From: Rhynchopus sp. YZ270_cl-10 | Lineage: Eukaryota | Direction: 5' to 3' | Assembly: GCA_964035575.1 (NCBI GenBank) | Contig: OZ037840.1 | Span: 372,001 to 436,000, forward strand | Length of the DNA stretch: 64,000 nucleotides | Shown: piece by piece, positions 23,722 through 35,000 of the stretch | How positions within the stretch are numbered: the first letter of the stretch is position 1 | How the letters are laid out: every line of letters starts with the position of its first letter | Translations under genes and position numbers: made by a program | The notes under the pieces: model-generated | Seen by the model: the letters and a program-made list of their open reading frames with translations, nothing else | Databases searched by the model: none | Told to the model about the DNA's origin: nothing

Positions 23722-24654
23722 TCAAAAGATGGAGTCAAAGGCTTCAATCTGCTTCGTTCTCGTGGAGGCACCGCTCTTCACAGACCCTTTGAAGAAAGAC
23801 GCGACGCTTGATATACTGCTACCTCGGCTTAGCCTTCTTGATGTCTCGCTTGCACGCCGTGCTGCACGCTGTGGGGTCGGCATGACCTCTGGTGGCTTGG
23901 CAAGGCAGGCGAGGAGGTAGGCACGCTTGGAGGCTTCGTCTTTGGAGCATGCGGCTCGACCCTTTGTTTCCTTCGCTTCAACTGTCGTCAGGGAAGGTAC
24001 CGGAGGCATCGGGGAAAAAAACGCCGGCGGTGGCTTTGGGATATGCAGCGCTGCTTTCCCCGCCCGCTTCTGCCTCCCCGTTGTGCTTACACAGCCGCTT
24101 TTTTGGGCGTTTGCGTACCGTCGTAATAGATGCGCCATCTCTCCTTGTCTGCTATTTCTTGCAGCAGACATTGGAGAGTCTTGGTTTAAATTTCCGTATT
24201 GTTCCGTAGGAGCTCCGGCGGAGAGGAGGAGGTTGGCGGTTGCAGTTTGTCCAGCTCGCGCTGCGCAGTTCAGAGGTTGATCCGCTCCCAACAGCGCAAC
24301 TGGGGCGCCGAACTTCAACAATTCAGACAGAACCTCCACATGGCCATTCTGTGCCGCAAAGGTCGCTGCAGCGTGAAGATGACTCCCCCAGATGTGTGGA
24401 GGGGCCCGCTTGGACCGTCCAGTACTTAGCATCGTTCGCACTACTCTGGTATGACCATTGGCAGATGCCTTTCGAAGCGCGGCAGCCCACCAGGTGCAAG
24501 AAGGGTGGACACAACGGCAGGCGCTCAGAACGGCATCAACATCCCCTAATGAAGCTGCTTTGACAAGGCGGGCGGAGTCTGACCCTGCATGCAGCGCTGC
24601 CCTTCGTGGAGGTTGATACTCATCTATGATAGTATCACAGCGGGGTCGGAGCAT
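23722..24654 (-). CDS. Ankyrin-repeat protein (310 aa)
   Basis: ALRKASANGHTRVVRTML, AATFAAQNGHVEVLSELLKFGA and PLNCAARAGQTATANLLLSAGA are typical ankyrin repeats; low-complexity C-terminus. Confidence 0.85.
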   Translation of the reverse strand: MLRPRCDTIIDEYQPPRRAALHAGSDSARLVKAASLGDVDAVLSACRCVHPSCTWWAAALRKASANGHTRVVRTMLSTGRSKRAPPHIWGSHLHAAATFAAQNGHVEVLSELLKFGAPVALLGADQPLNCAARAGQTATANLLLSAGAPTEQYGNLNQDSPMSAARNSRQGEMAHLLRRYANAQKSGCVSTTGRQKRAGKAALHIPKPPPAFFSPMPPVPSLTTVEAKETKGRAACSKDEASKRAYLLACLAKPPEVMPTPQRAARRASETSRRLSRGSSISSVASFFKGSVKSGASTRTKQIEAFDSIF

Positions 24655-25163
24655 GGTAGAAAAAAAAATGGGGTTAAATAAAACGCAATGTCACTAAAGG
24701 CCCCCCTTTATTTTGGTTGGAAAAGAAGATGTAAAAGGATTGAAATGATTTTTTTTTTTTTTTTGCGTCTTTTTTTCTGACGAAAATAACCTAAAATAGA
24801 TTGGTTGGATTTGTTGATTTGTTCGAATGTCAGTGGATTTTGTGTTTATTTTGAGAATTGTGTAAGTGACGTTGAGGGGTAGAGAAGGGTAGTTCTGTGG
24901 GGGGGAAATGTGGAAAGTGGGGTTTATTTGAAGCAATAAGTAAAGCATTTCAACACAATAGGGTTGATTGGTGTTCCCGAAAGGGCCCATATTGACAGGT
25001 CCTTGACACAAGGTTTACAGGGGAAAATGACACACCCCCCTATATTGACATGTCCTTGACATGTCGTTGACATGTCCCCGACAGCAGATCGGTAACACCA
25101 TTGATGCCAAAACCTCCCCCCTTATTATGCAATCAATAAATTGGCAGCATAGGTATAGGGGAT

Positions 25164-27495
25164 CAGTGCTGACGCTAAGGAAAAAGCCGGTCATATATGA
25201 CCAAAAAAAAAAAGGGAAAAAAAAGTCTGAAAATATGCCGGTCATATATGACCGGTCATATATGACCGGTATTGGGTGGGTGGGCAGGGTGGGGTAGGGG
25301 ATGGTCGGAAGTCCCCCCCAGTTGGCACCTCACACGAGCCTCTGAGAGTGACCAGAAATGGCCTCATGAACAAAGTGACCCCGTCACAGCCAGAACGCGA
25401 CTCAATTGGTCAAATGCCGAAGGAAAAGGAAGCAGGCAGCGTGGCGAAATAATAAAAGTAGCGTACCGTGCGCCTGCGGCGCAAGCTTATCGTAATTGCA
25501 TGACACGGTACTGGGTACTGAGCCCAAAAGTGGACGACATCTAAAAATTTCCGCCTGCGGCGCGGCAGCCCTTGACCCATTTTCACCCTTTTCTTGTTCA
25601 GTCGGCAGGATCACTTGGCCCTTCACCATACACTGATGTTAACCAAAAGCCAAGAACTTGTCCATTTCGTCAAATTGACCCCACCACAGCGCGGACGGAT
25701 TCCAAAAACCCCACAAACTAGCTTCTTCAGGTCTTTCGCGCGCGAAGCGCGCGAAAAATTTTTTTGACCACCTCACCCCCCCTAAGGTCAAAAAAACCGG
25801 TTCCTAAAAAAACCTCTGAAAAGGGCATGAAAAAAAAAAAAAATCAAAAAAAAAAAAAAAAATATGACCGGCTAGCAGGCTTTGCGCTAACTTCTGTCCT
25901 TTGTCCCGGGATTTTTGGATATTTTTGTGGTGCGTTTTTTTTTTTGCAAACCGGGGTTTCCTTACTGGGGGGGGCCGAATAAACGAGGTAATTCGAATAA
26001 AGCACGTACGTCGAATAAAGCACGCATTTGAAAAATGGGTTTTTTGCTTTTTTTTCCGTCGAATAAAGCACGTACGTGTTTTATTCGACTTTTTGAACTT
26101 TTCCTGTGTTGTGACAAGGTAGTTCGTATTTTGTGAAAATTTTAGTCGCTGAAATTTTGTCCATTTTTCCGTATATCCCCCACCACAAGCCGGGATTGGC
26201 TCGGAAATGCAACAAAATCACCTCTTGGGCGAAAAAAAAATCGAAAAAAAATTGTGACTGGAAAAACTTTCCAAAAAGTTCAAAAAGGCGAATAAAGCAC
26301 GTACGTGCTTTATTCGCCTTTTCGAACTTTTTTTTTTTTTTAAACCTCAGGATCTGAAGTGTAGGGACGCCTAATAAAACACGTACGTGCTTTATTCGAC
26401 CCCCCCCCCCAGTAAGAAAACCAGAGAATCTCATATTTCATAGTAAGGGTACTTTAGCGTGTTTTCACACACACATGTGACCCCACCGTGGAGAGCAATC
26501 GGCTCGCGCGATCAAAAGAAAGCAGAGAAGAGGGAAAAGAAAAAAAGAAAAAAGTTGGGTACCGTGCGCCTGCGGCGCTACCTGTTCCTACCCTCCTTTA
26601 TGTTTAAACATGATGTACTTATGTACGTGTTCATTTTATTTTGAGTACGACTCCACATCCCCCTGAGGATGATCCCCCCTCCCTCACGGATAAAGATTGA
26701 TTAGGACGCCATGGGGCACACCCCCTCCGAGGCCATAACCGTCCTGGGTTTTCTCACTCTTCTCTGTGGTCACTGAAACCCCACCGCCATCACTACGTTA
26801 CCGATAGCTTCTTCAGTACGTTGGGTTTTCAGACCTGAAAATAACCCTTGTTTATGAGTATGGGCTCATGTTTTGTCAAATTTTAAGTCGCTGCATTTTT
26901 GTCCATTTTTCCGTACATCCCCCACCACAATCCGGGATTGGTTCGGAAATGCAACAAAACGACCTCTTGGCGGGAAAAAGCCACAGGAAATTTACGCACT
27001 TTTTGCGAACAGGGGTTTCCTTACTAAAACCAGAGGAATCTCATCGTTCAGAGTAAGAGTACTTTAGAGTGTTTTTGCACACACATGTGACCCCACCGTG
27101 GAGAGCAATCGGCTCGTGCAATCAAAAGAAAGCAGAAAAAAGGGAAAAATAAAAAGACAAAAGTTGGGTACCGTGCGCCTGCGGCGCTACCTGTCCCAGT
27201 CAAAACACCACAATTTCATCTGAATTTGGGTTTTCAGACCTGAAAATGCCCCTTGTTTAAGAGGATGGGTTCATATTTTGTGAAAATTTAAGTCACTAAA
27301 ATTTTGTCCATTTTCCCGAATATGCCCCACCACAGCGCGGGATTGGCTCGGAAATGCCACAAAACACTGTTTTTTCACCCCCTGACGCACAACTATTTGA
27401 GGTGCGTTTTTTTGGTCCCGAAACACGATTTTTCAGATTTTTTTCCAAAAGTTAGCGCGAAGCCTGCCGGCTAGCCGGCCTTAGCGTCAGCACTG
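25164..27495. mobile_element. Non-autonomous hAT-like TIR element (2.33 kb) with internal direct repeats
   Basis: Perfect 17-bp TIR CAGTGCTGACGCTAAGG / CCTTAGCGTCAGCACTG; 8-bp TSD TAGGGGAT at 25156-25163 and 27496-27503; internal repeats about 26130/26870/27280 and 26420/27025. Confidence 0.92.
25953..26423. mobile_element. Nested inverted-repeat element with CGAATAAAGCACGTACG motifs
   Basis: GGTTTCCTTACTGGGGGGGGCCGAATAAA ... TTTATTCGACCCCCCCCCCCAGTAAGAAAACC; a collapsed version GGGGTTTCCTTACTAAAACCAG occurs at about 27012. Confidence 0.6.
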
Positions 27496-28976
27496 TAGGG
27501 GATCAACAAAAAAATGTTGTCAACTTTCTTTGTAAAGATAAAGTGAAGATGAAACACATCAAAAGATCAAAAAAAAAAAAAAAACAGAAGGGAACTTCAA
27601 TAACCCATCTTTCTTTATGGTGAATGAAAACAAAAATTTTATTAAATTTTGTTTGATTAAATTTATAGACTACTATCACTAGAACTTCTATTTAAAAAAG
27701 GGGGAGGAAGGGAAATCTGTGGTGCTGGGATGAAATCAGATCACTTAAGAGAGCGGTAACGGTAGGTCAAAGATTCTTTTTCTTTTTTTTTTTTTTTGAG
27801 TTGCTTTTTTTTTTTTGCTCTTTTTTTCTGCGATTCTTTCCAAAAAAATAGGATAGGGATAACAGCATGGACAAGGGAAAAGACTTCCCACAGTCTGATG
27901 AACGGGGGGGGAGGGGAAGGGGGATGGAGAGACATTCCGTTCTGATTTGACGCATCTACGTACAATTCGTATCGACTAACAAACACACACACACCGTACT
28001 CCCCACAGCCATTTATTTTGATAATTTGTTGGAATAGTGTAGTTGCCTCGGTTGTGTTGCCACAGTTTGTGCAATATCCACTGTCCATTCTTTTTTTTTG
28101 CTATTGTCGTTTTGAACAATATTCTGCATCTGGACATCAGAATTACCCAAAAAAAAAAAATTGATTTTAAAAGTTTAAACACGACGGGAGGAAGTAAATG
28201 ACTTTGCCTTGTGGTTTTTTTTTTGTGGATTCACCGCTTACAACGGTGAAACCACAAGTCAACTTCATTTACCTTACCGTCGTACACCCTTCCTTGATGG
28301 AACATACACTGTATGCCATTAAGGAACCACCCCAGACCTGATATCACCTGCACCACATAATAAATGTGGGTTTTCTCCCTGCACTGTTTTTCCCCTTTTT
28401 GGAGATAGTCCTTTTTTTTTGGGAAAAAGAAAAGGGGAAAAAAAAGTAAAAGTTGATTACGCCTTTGGGACGCAGACACTGGAAATAGAAACTTAACAAC
28501 TCATCACAACGATAAAACCCCATGAGAAGAGGTTGTGGTGAAACGCACACACCTCGACCTGTTTGGTGAGGAGGTAGCTCTGCAGCGCGGATTCATCCCC
28601 AGAACCGCAAAGTGTGTTCAAAATGCTTCTATTTCCCCCTTCATTTCATGAGGTGAAAAAGTGTCACGTTGTCGTTCCCTCACCCCCCCTTTCTTGTAGT
28701 TGTTTGATGCGTTGACGCTTCCACACACTAAAAATCATCTGTTGGGTGGTGGTGTTGCGGAGCACGGTTGGGTGAGTGAACGACGTTGACACTTTCCGCT
28801 CACAAAGTAGTGTGCGTAAATAAAAAAAAAAAAAAATAAAAAAGCGAAACAAGCATCTCCTCAGTCCTCCCTCCCAAATGTGGTAGAATTTCCACATTTA
28901 AAAAATCTTCGTTTCTTTTTTTTGTTGTATTAGTGTAGACCCGGACATTCCCCTCAGTAGCATTTCCCTATTTTGT

Positions 28977-29336
28977 TTACTTCCCGAAAACTTGTTGCGC
29001 CCTTTTTCTGACTTCTTCGAAATCGATCATCCCCACTCGAGGCTGGTCTGAAGCCTTCTTCGGCGGTGCATTGTCTTCGACGAGAACTACTGTACCACGC
29101 CCTTCCTTTTCTGCACGCTTCTGTGCACGCGCCGCAGCCTTTTCATCCGCCTTCTGTTGCCGTGCTTCCTCTGCCTTGCGGAATACTATCTCCATGTTCA
29201 CCTGCAGGCCTCCAGAGAGCTGTTCTTTCCTCGCATCGCGTACTGACATCTCTTTGTGCCTAAACGTACGCCGTGTGGTCGAATTTGTGTTAGTCTTTTT
29301 GTTTTTATCACGTTTGTTCCGCGACCAAGGTCCCAT
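28977..29336 (-). CDS. Small basic hypothetical protein (119 aa)
   Basis: ATG-initiated ORF with a helical K/R/E/A-rich segment, GC-richer than its flanks; no recognised family. Confidence 0.45.
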   Translation of the reverse strand: MGPWSRNKRDKNKKTNTNSTTRRTFRHKEMSVRDARKEQLSGGLQVNMEIVFRKAEEARQQKADEKAAARAQKRAEKEGRGTVVLVEDNAPPKKASDQPRVGMIDFEEVRKRAQQVFGK

Positions 29337-29452
29337 CCTATTTTTTTTTTTTTTTTTTTTTTTTTTTGCTAAAAAATACACCCTGTGTAGTGAGGAGGTT
29401 GTTTGAGGAGAAAGGAGCCCAAATATTACCCCCAAAAAAAAAATAAGAATAT

Positions 29453-29595
29453 GGTACTCCTGATAACCCCATTTTGCGTACTTGTTGCGCACTTTGTGCA
29501 CGGAAAAAAAAAATACAGGAATACCCTATTGCGTACTTGTTGCGTACATAGTGCGTAGTTGTTGCGTACTTGGTATTTTTTATTTCAGGAGCACC
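29453..29595. mobile_element. MITE (143 bp) with GG..CC ends and a 7-bp flanking direct repeat
   Basis: GGTACTCCTGA / TCAGGAGCACC; AGAATAT at 29446-29452 and 29596-29602; internal TTGCGTAC repeats. Confidence 0.7.
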
Positions 29596-30797
29596 AGAAT
29601 ATATCACAAATAAACAAGTTCCGTTGGTTTGAGAGGGGGTAACAAATTGAAACCTCCGTTAGTATGGGGTGGGAATTGAATGCCATCAAAGTTGACTTGA
29701 AATACAAATCCCTCTCGTGAACAGTGTACCTTTGGTACAAATGACCGGCTGTCCCGAGGGTGGACACCCAAACCATGCAGTCCTACATTCCTTTTCGTGG
29801 TTTACATCTGATTTGTGCTACTCCCGCTTCCACTCATCAACCAGATGAACAGGGATCATTGCGAACAAGGACATGAATCCTGTGTGATGTACAGTTACCA
29901 AATGATATAAAGGGGAGGATTTAGTTGAGTGAAAGACAGGGGGGTAAATCAAATCTGGGAGAAGGGAGGGATGGGGGAGGGGTACTCTTTTTAATTCAGT
30001 GAAACGAAGGCATAGGGAAACAAAACGGGTGGGGAATAAGGACGGGAAGAAATTTTCTTTTTTTTTGATTTTAGACTACTATCACGGGATAGCAGCCGCA
30101 AATTTTTTCTTCTCCACGAAATCCTTAAAAAATCAGGACGGGAGGGGGGGAGGGGGGAGAAAACACACACCAAAAAGTTTGTTAAATGAGCCTCCATCAT
30201 CGGAATGGCAAAATAGTACTATGATCACAAAAAATAAAATTGACAAAAAATAATCCCTCAAAAATAAATAAATAAAAAGGTTACCACGCAATCTATGCAA
30301 CGCGAAATAGTCGTACCAGGAGAATGTGCATGCAAGCGGATCTTTGTTTCTTTTTTCCCATGACAAATATTATCTTAACCGACTATATAACAACGCTTGA
30401 ATAACATAAGAATCGGGGGAATGGACGACGGGAAGAGGGAAATCGAAAACTGGGAAATGCGTAAAATTTACACAAAAGGATTCTGCGCAAAAAAAATGGC
30501 GAGTATGCTTTCGGGAAAAGACTCCATAGCCCGTCCTTACACTTGAGCACAAAACAAGACATGTTTGTCACAAACACAACGAGAGTTTTACAGAAAACAC
30601 AAAAAGAAAAAGAAGGGAAAAAAACAGGGAAATAGGTAAACGTTGTAGTGGAAAATAGGGGAGGGATACTTCGTGCATCGGGGAAGTGACGGAGTTTGGT
30701 TTGTGCGTCAAAGACGGGAATTAACAAAAGCCGATATGGCTGTGGTGATTGTCCGTGCTGTCGACACAACAAACTGCCCACCGATGTGCTGCCCCAC

Positions 30798-32030
30798 CTA
30801 CGCAAGCGTGAAGCGGTACATGCGGCTGTCGTGCTCTGTGATGGAGTCGGTGGTGAACTGGCCTGCCACCTTCACAAGGTCCTTCTGCTGGTACAGGTCA
30901 CGCACAGACACAGTGTCCGTTGCCGCAAACCCAAAGTCGGTGAAGGTGAACGTCACAGTCGCAGCAGTCGTGGTGTTGCTAATGGCCAGTGCTGCCTGGT
31001 CCTTGTCACCAAGCATCTTCCCCCACACCTGGAACCCGGCAGGCTTCTCGTTCACAAGACGTCCCGGATGGCCTGCCCACGTCTGCGACACAGACAGCAC
31101 CTCCTTGTTGCTGATGATGTCCCACACACGGCTCACAATCGCGTCGTTCGTCACGTCAAAGCCAAGGATGAGAGGGCTCGAGGTGATCACCCAAGCAGAG
31201 AAGTGCGAGCGGTCCTCTGCGTAGTTCGCAAGGTTCCCCACCTCAAGCATGTCGGGGTACGCCCATGTGCCTGGGCGGGAGAGGGGAGGGTTGCCCTGGA
31301 ACTTTGTTGTCGTCTGCAGGTTGCTGAAGATGCTTCTCCAGCTGCTTTGGATGTCTGTGGAGGAGCGGAAGAAGTTGTACGCACAGTCCGACACACCAGA
31401 GTCACCCTTGCAGGGCGCGTCTCCTGTCGTCTGCCCAGGCACGGTGCCTCCCCAGTGGCAGTTCTCAATCATGATCGGGCGTCCTGTCGCGTTCAGCAGC
31501 TGTGCCCACTGTGTCAGGTTCCGGAACTGTCCACACCCATCCAGCTTCACACCGTCGAAGCCGTACTCCGCAACTGCCTTCGCAGACTGCTCCATGTGCT
31601 TCTCGATGTAGCTCGCACCTGTGAACTTCTTCTCGGCACAGATGCAGTTGTTCATGTACCACCCCACCTTCAGGTTCTTGCTGTGTCCGTGGTCCGTCAT
31701 CGCCTTCATGTCGGGGAACGTCGCCTTGTTGATGAGCGGGATGCCGTCAGCGTCGTGGAAGGAGCCGTTCAGCCCAGTGCCACACGCCTGCCAGTTGTCG
31801 TCAAGACCAATGTTCACGAACCCGAGGTCCGCAATGCTGGTGAGCTTCCCGTCAACGGAGTGCTTGCGAACAGACACTGCATCCATGACACCCTCCATCA
31901 GTGTCTGGTTCACCTTGGCATGGTAGCAGTTCCACGAGCGCCACCCCATAGGGGGCAGAAGACCTATCCCGTTGTCAACGGCAGACGCACTCCCGGCAAG
32001 CAGCAGCAGCAGCGACGAGGCGACACGCAT
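30798..32030 (-). CDS. Secreted glycoside hydrolase family 27 (alpha-galactosidase/melibiase-like)
   Basis: Signal peptide MRVASSLLLLLAGSASA; DNGIGLLPPMGWRSWN, GLDDNWQ, FDGVKLDGC (nucleophile), FRSSTDI (acid/base), WAYPDMLEVGN, SHFSAWVITSSPLILGFD; C-terminal beta domain VRDLYQ; intronless. Confidence 0.95.
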   Translation of the reverse strand: MRVASSLLLLLAGSASAVDNGIGLLPPMGWRSWNCYHAKVNQTLMEGVMDAVSVRKHSVDGKLTSIADLGFVNIGLDDNWQACGTGLNGSFHDADGIPLINKATFPDMKAMTDHGHSKNLKVGWYMNNCICAEKKFTGASYIEKHMEQSAKAVAEYGFDGVKLDGCGQFRNLTQWAQLLNATGRPIMIENCHWGGTVPGQTTGDAPCKGDSGVSDCAYNFFRSSTDIQSSWRSIFSNLQTTTKFQGNPPLSRPGTWAYPDMLEVGNLANYAEDRSHFSAWVITSSPLILGFDVTNDAIVSRVWDIISNKEVLSVSQTWAGHPGRLVNEKPAGFQVWGKMLGDKDQAALAISNTTTAATVTFTFTDFGFAATDTVSVRDLYQQKDLVKVAGQFTTDSITEHDSRMYRFTLA

Positions 32031-35000
32031 CTTGTGTTGTTTGTTATAAAGTGCTATAGTCTGTGATATGTTGTGGAACATCACGGGGCAAGAAGGAGGA
32101 TGCAGGGGAAATTTACACTTACATATGTAGGGGTACGGAAGGGGAACCAAAATTAGTAATACGGGGAAAGCAACATAAAACTCGACTCTTACAGTCGCAA
32201 ACTAATCTTGATTACTCGACTAGAAAAAGGGGGGAAGATTATTTTCGTTGAACGCAGCCAAAAACAGTGTATGAGATCTGAATTTTGGCGCAAGTGATTT
32301 TTAGAGGAGAGGAGAAAATAGTCGGTATCAGGCGATTAAACGTTGGCTTTATTACTCGCGTTTCTAATAACACTACGTGTAAGTAACCATTCAACCTACA
32401 GAGTGCTTCCACAAAGCTTACAGAATAAGACGTTTATAATAATGCATGTTGACTACAAAAAACAAAAAATCAGCACTTACCGTCTGGTGAAAGGGGGGTG
32501 TTTCGCACTTTTTCCTCACTTCACCTCACTTTTCCGCAACTGTTGCACACTTTTTGCACGATATTCGCACATAATCGGAACCGGGTGAAAAGGAACAAAG
32601 GCTGGTATCGGGTGCGCGATCTCCGTAAGCGCTGCGGTATGACCGCGCCCCGGTCACAACGTAGGGTTCCGAGTGCCACACCTACCACATGCACCCTTTC
32701 CACCCACAATACAACCGCCCTAACTTGTCGGTTTTTCAACACCTAACCATCTTCCAACGCACTTAATTGGACTGGGAATCAGTTCAACAAGCAACTAAAA
32801 ATACAAAAAGCAATAAACTTTTTCAGGGTCTCCTTCACAATACTTCCACACAAGCCTTCCATTCAAAAGCATCGGTTTTTCGCAAGAGAACGCGTTCCGA
32901 TCAAAAGCGTCGGTTTTGCGCAAGAGAACGCGTTTCGATCAAAAGCGTCAATTTTGCGCAAGAGAACGCGTTCCGATCAAAAGCGTCGGTTTTTCGCAAG
33001 AGAACGCGTTTCGATCAAAAGCGTCGGTTTTGCGCAAGAGAACGCGTTTCGATCAAAAGCGTCGGTTTTGAGCAAGAGAACGCGTTTCGATCAAAAGCGT
33101 CGGTTTTGCGCAAGAGAACGCGTTCCGATCAAAAGCGTCGGTTTTGCGCAAGAGAACGCGTTTCGATCAAAAGCGTCGGTTTTTCGCAAGAGAACGCGTT
33201 TCGATCAAAAGCGTCGGTTTTTCGCAAGAGAACGCGTTCCGATCAAAAGCGTCGGTTTTTCGCAAGAGAACGCGTTTCGATCAAAAGCGTCGGTTTTTCG
33301 CAAGAGAACGCGTTCCGATCAAAAGCGTCGGTTTTTCGCAAGAGAACGCGTTTCGATCAAAAGCGTCGGTTTTGCGCAAGAGAACGCGTTTCGATCAAAA
33401 GCGTCGGTTTTGCGCAAGAGAACGCGTTTCGATCAAAAGCGTCGGTTTTTCGCAAGAGAACGCGTTTCGATCAAAAGCGTCGGTTTTGCGCAAGGGAACG
33501 CGTTTCGATCAAAAGCGTCGGTTTTTCGCAAGAGAACGCGTTTCGATCAAAAGCGTCGGTTTTGCGCAAGAGAACGCGTTTCGATCAAAAGCGTCGGTTT
33601 TGCGCAAGAGAACGCGTTTCGATCAAAAGCGTCGGTTTTTCGCAAGAGAACGCGTTCCGATCAAAAGCGTCGGTTTTGCGCAAGAGAACGCGTTTCGATC
33701 AAAAGCGTCGGTTTTGCGCAAGAGAACGCGTTCCGATCAAAAGCGTCGGTTTTTCGCAAGAGAACGCGTTTCAATCAAAAGCGTCGGTTTTTCGCAAGAG
33801 AACGCGTTTCGATCAAAAGCGTCGGTTTTTCGCAAGAGAACGCGTTTCGATCAAAAGCGTCGGTTTTGCGCAAGGGAACGCGTTTCGATCAAAAGCGTCG
33901 GTTTTTCGCAAGAGAACGCGTTTCGATCAAAAGCGTCGGTTTTGCGCAAGAGAACGCGTTTCGATCAAAAGCGTCGGTTTTTCGCAAGAGAACGCGTTTC
34001 GATCAAAAGCGTCGGTTTTTCGCAAGAGAACGCGTTCCGATCAAAAGCGTCGGTTTTTCGCAAGAGAACGCGTTTCAATCAAAAGCGTCGGTTTTGCGCA
34101 AGAGAACGCGTTTCGATCAAAAGCGTCGGTTTTGCGCAAGAGAACGCGTTTCGATCAAAAGCGTCGGTTTTGCGCAAGAGAACGCGCTTCGATCAAAAGC
34201 GTCGGTTTTGCGCAAGAGAACGCGTTTCGATCAAAAGCGTCGGTTTTGCGCAAGAGAACGCGTTTCGATCAAAAGCGTCGGTTTTGCGCAAGAGAACGCG
34301 TTCCGATCAAAAGCGTCGGTTTTTCGCAAGAGAACGCGTTTCGATCAAAAGCGTCGGTTTTGCGCAAGAGAACGCGTTTCGATCAAAAGCGTCGGTTTTT
34401 CGCAAGAGAACGCGTTTCGATCAAAAGCGTCGGTTTTGCGCAAGAGAACGCGTTCCGATCAAAAGCGTCGGTTTTTCGCAAGAGAACGCGTTTCGATCAA
34501 AAGCGTCGGTTTTTCGCAAGAGAACGCGTTCCGATCAAAAGCGTCGGTTTTTCGCAAGAGAACGCGTTTCGATCAAAAGCGTCGGTTTTTCGCAAGAGAA
34601 CGCGTTTCGATCAAAAGCGTCGGTTTTTCGCAAGAGAACGCGTTCCGATCAAAAGCGTCGGTTTTTCGCAAGAGAACGCGTTTCGATCAAAAGCGTCGGT
34701 TTTTCGCAAGAGAACGCGTTTCAATCAAAAGCGTCGGTTTTTCGCAAGAGAACGCGTTTCGATCAAAAGCGTCGGTTTTTCGCAAGAGAACGCGTTTCAA
34801 TCAAAAGCGTCGGTTTTGCGCAAGAGAACGCGTTTCGATCAAAAGCGTCGGTTTTGCGCAAGAGAACGCGTTTCGATTAAAAGCGTCGGTTTTTCGCAAG
34901 AGAACGCGTTTCGATCAAAAGCGTCGGTTTTTCGCAAGAGAACGCGTTTCAATCAAAAGCGTCGGTTTTTCGCAAGAGAACGCGTTTCGATCAAAAGCGT

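Noticed and set aside
30696..32066. 456-aa plus-strand ORF
   Set aside because: Antisense shadow of the GC3-rich GH27 gene.
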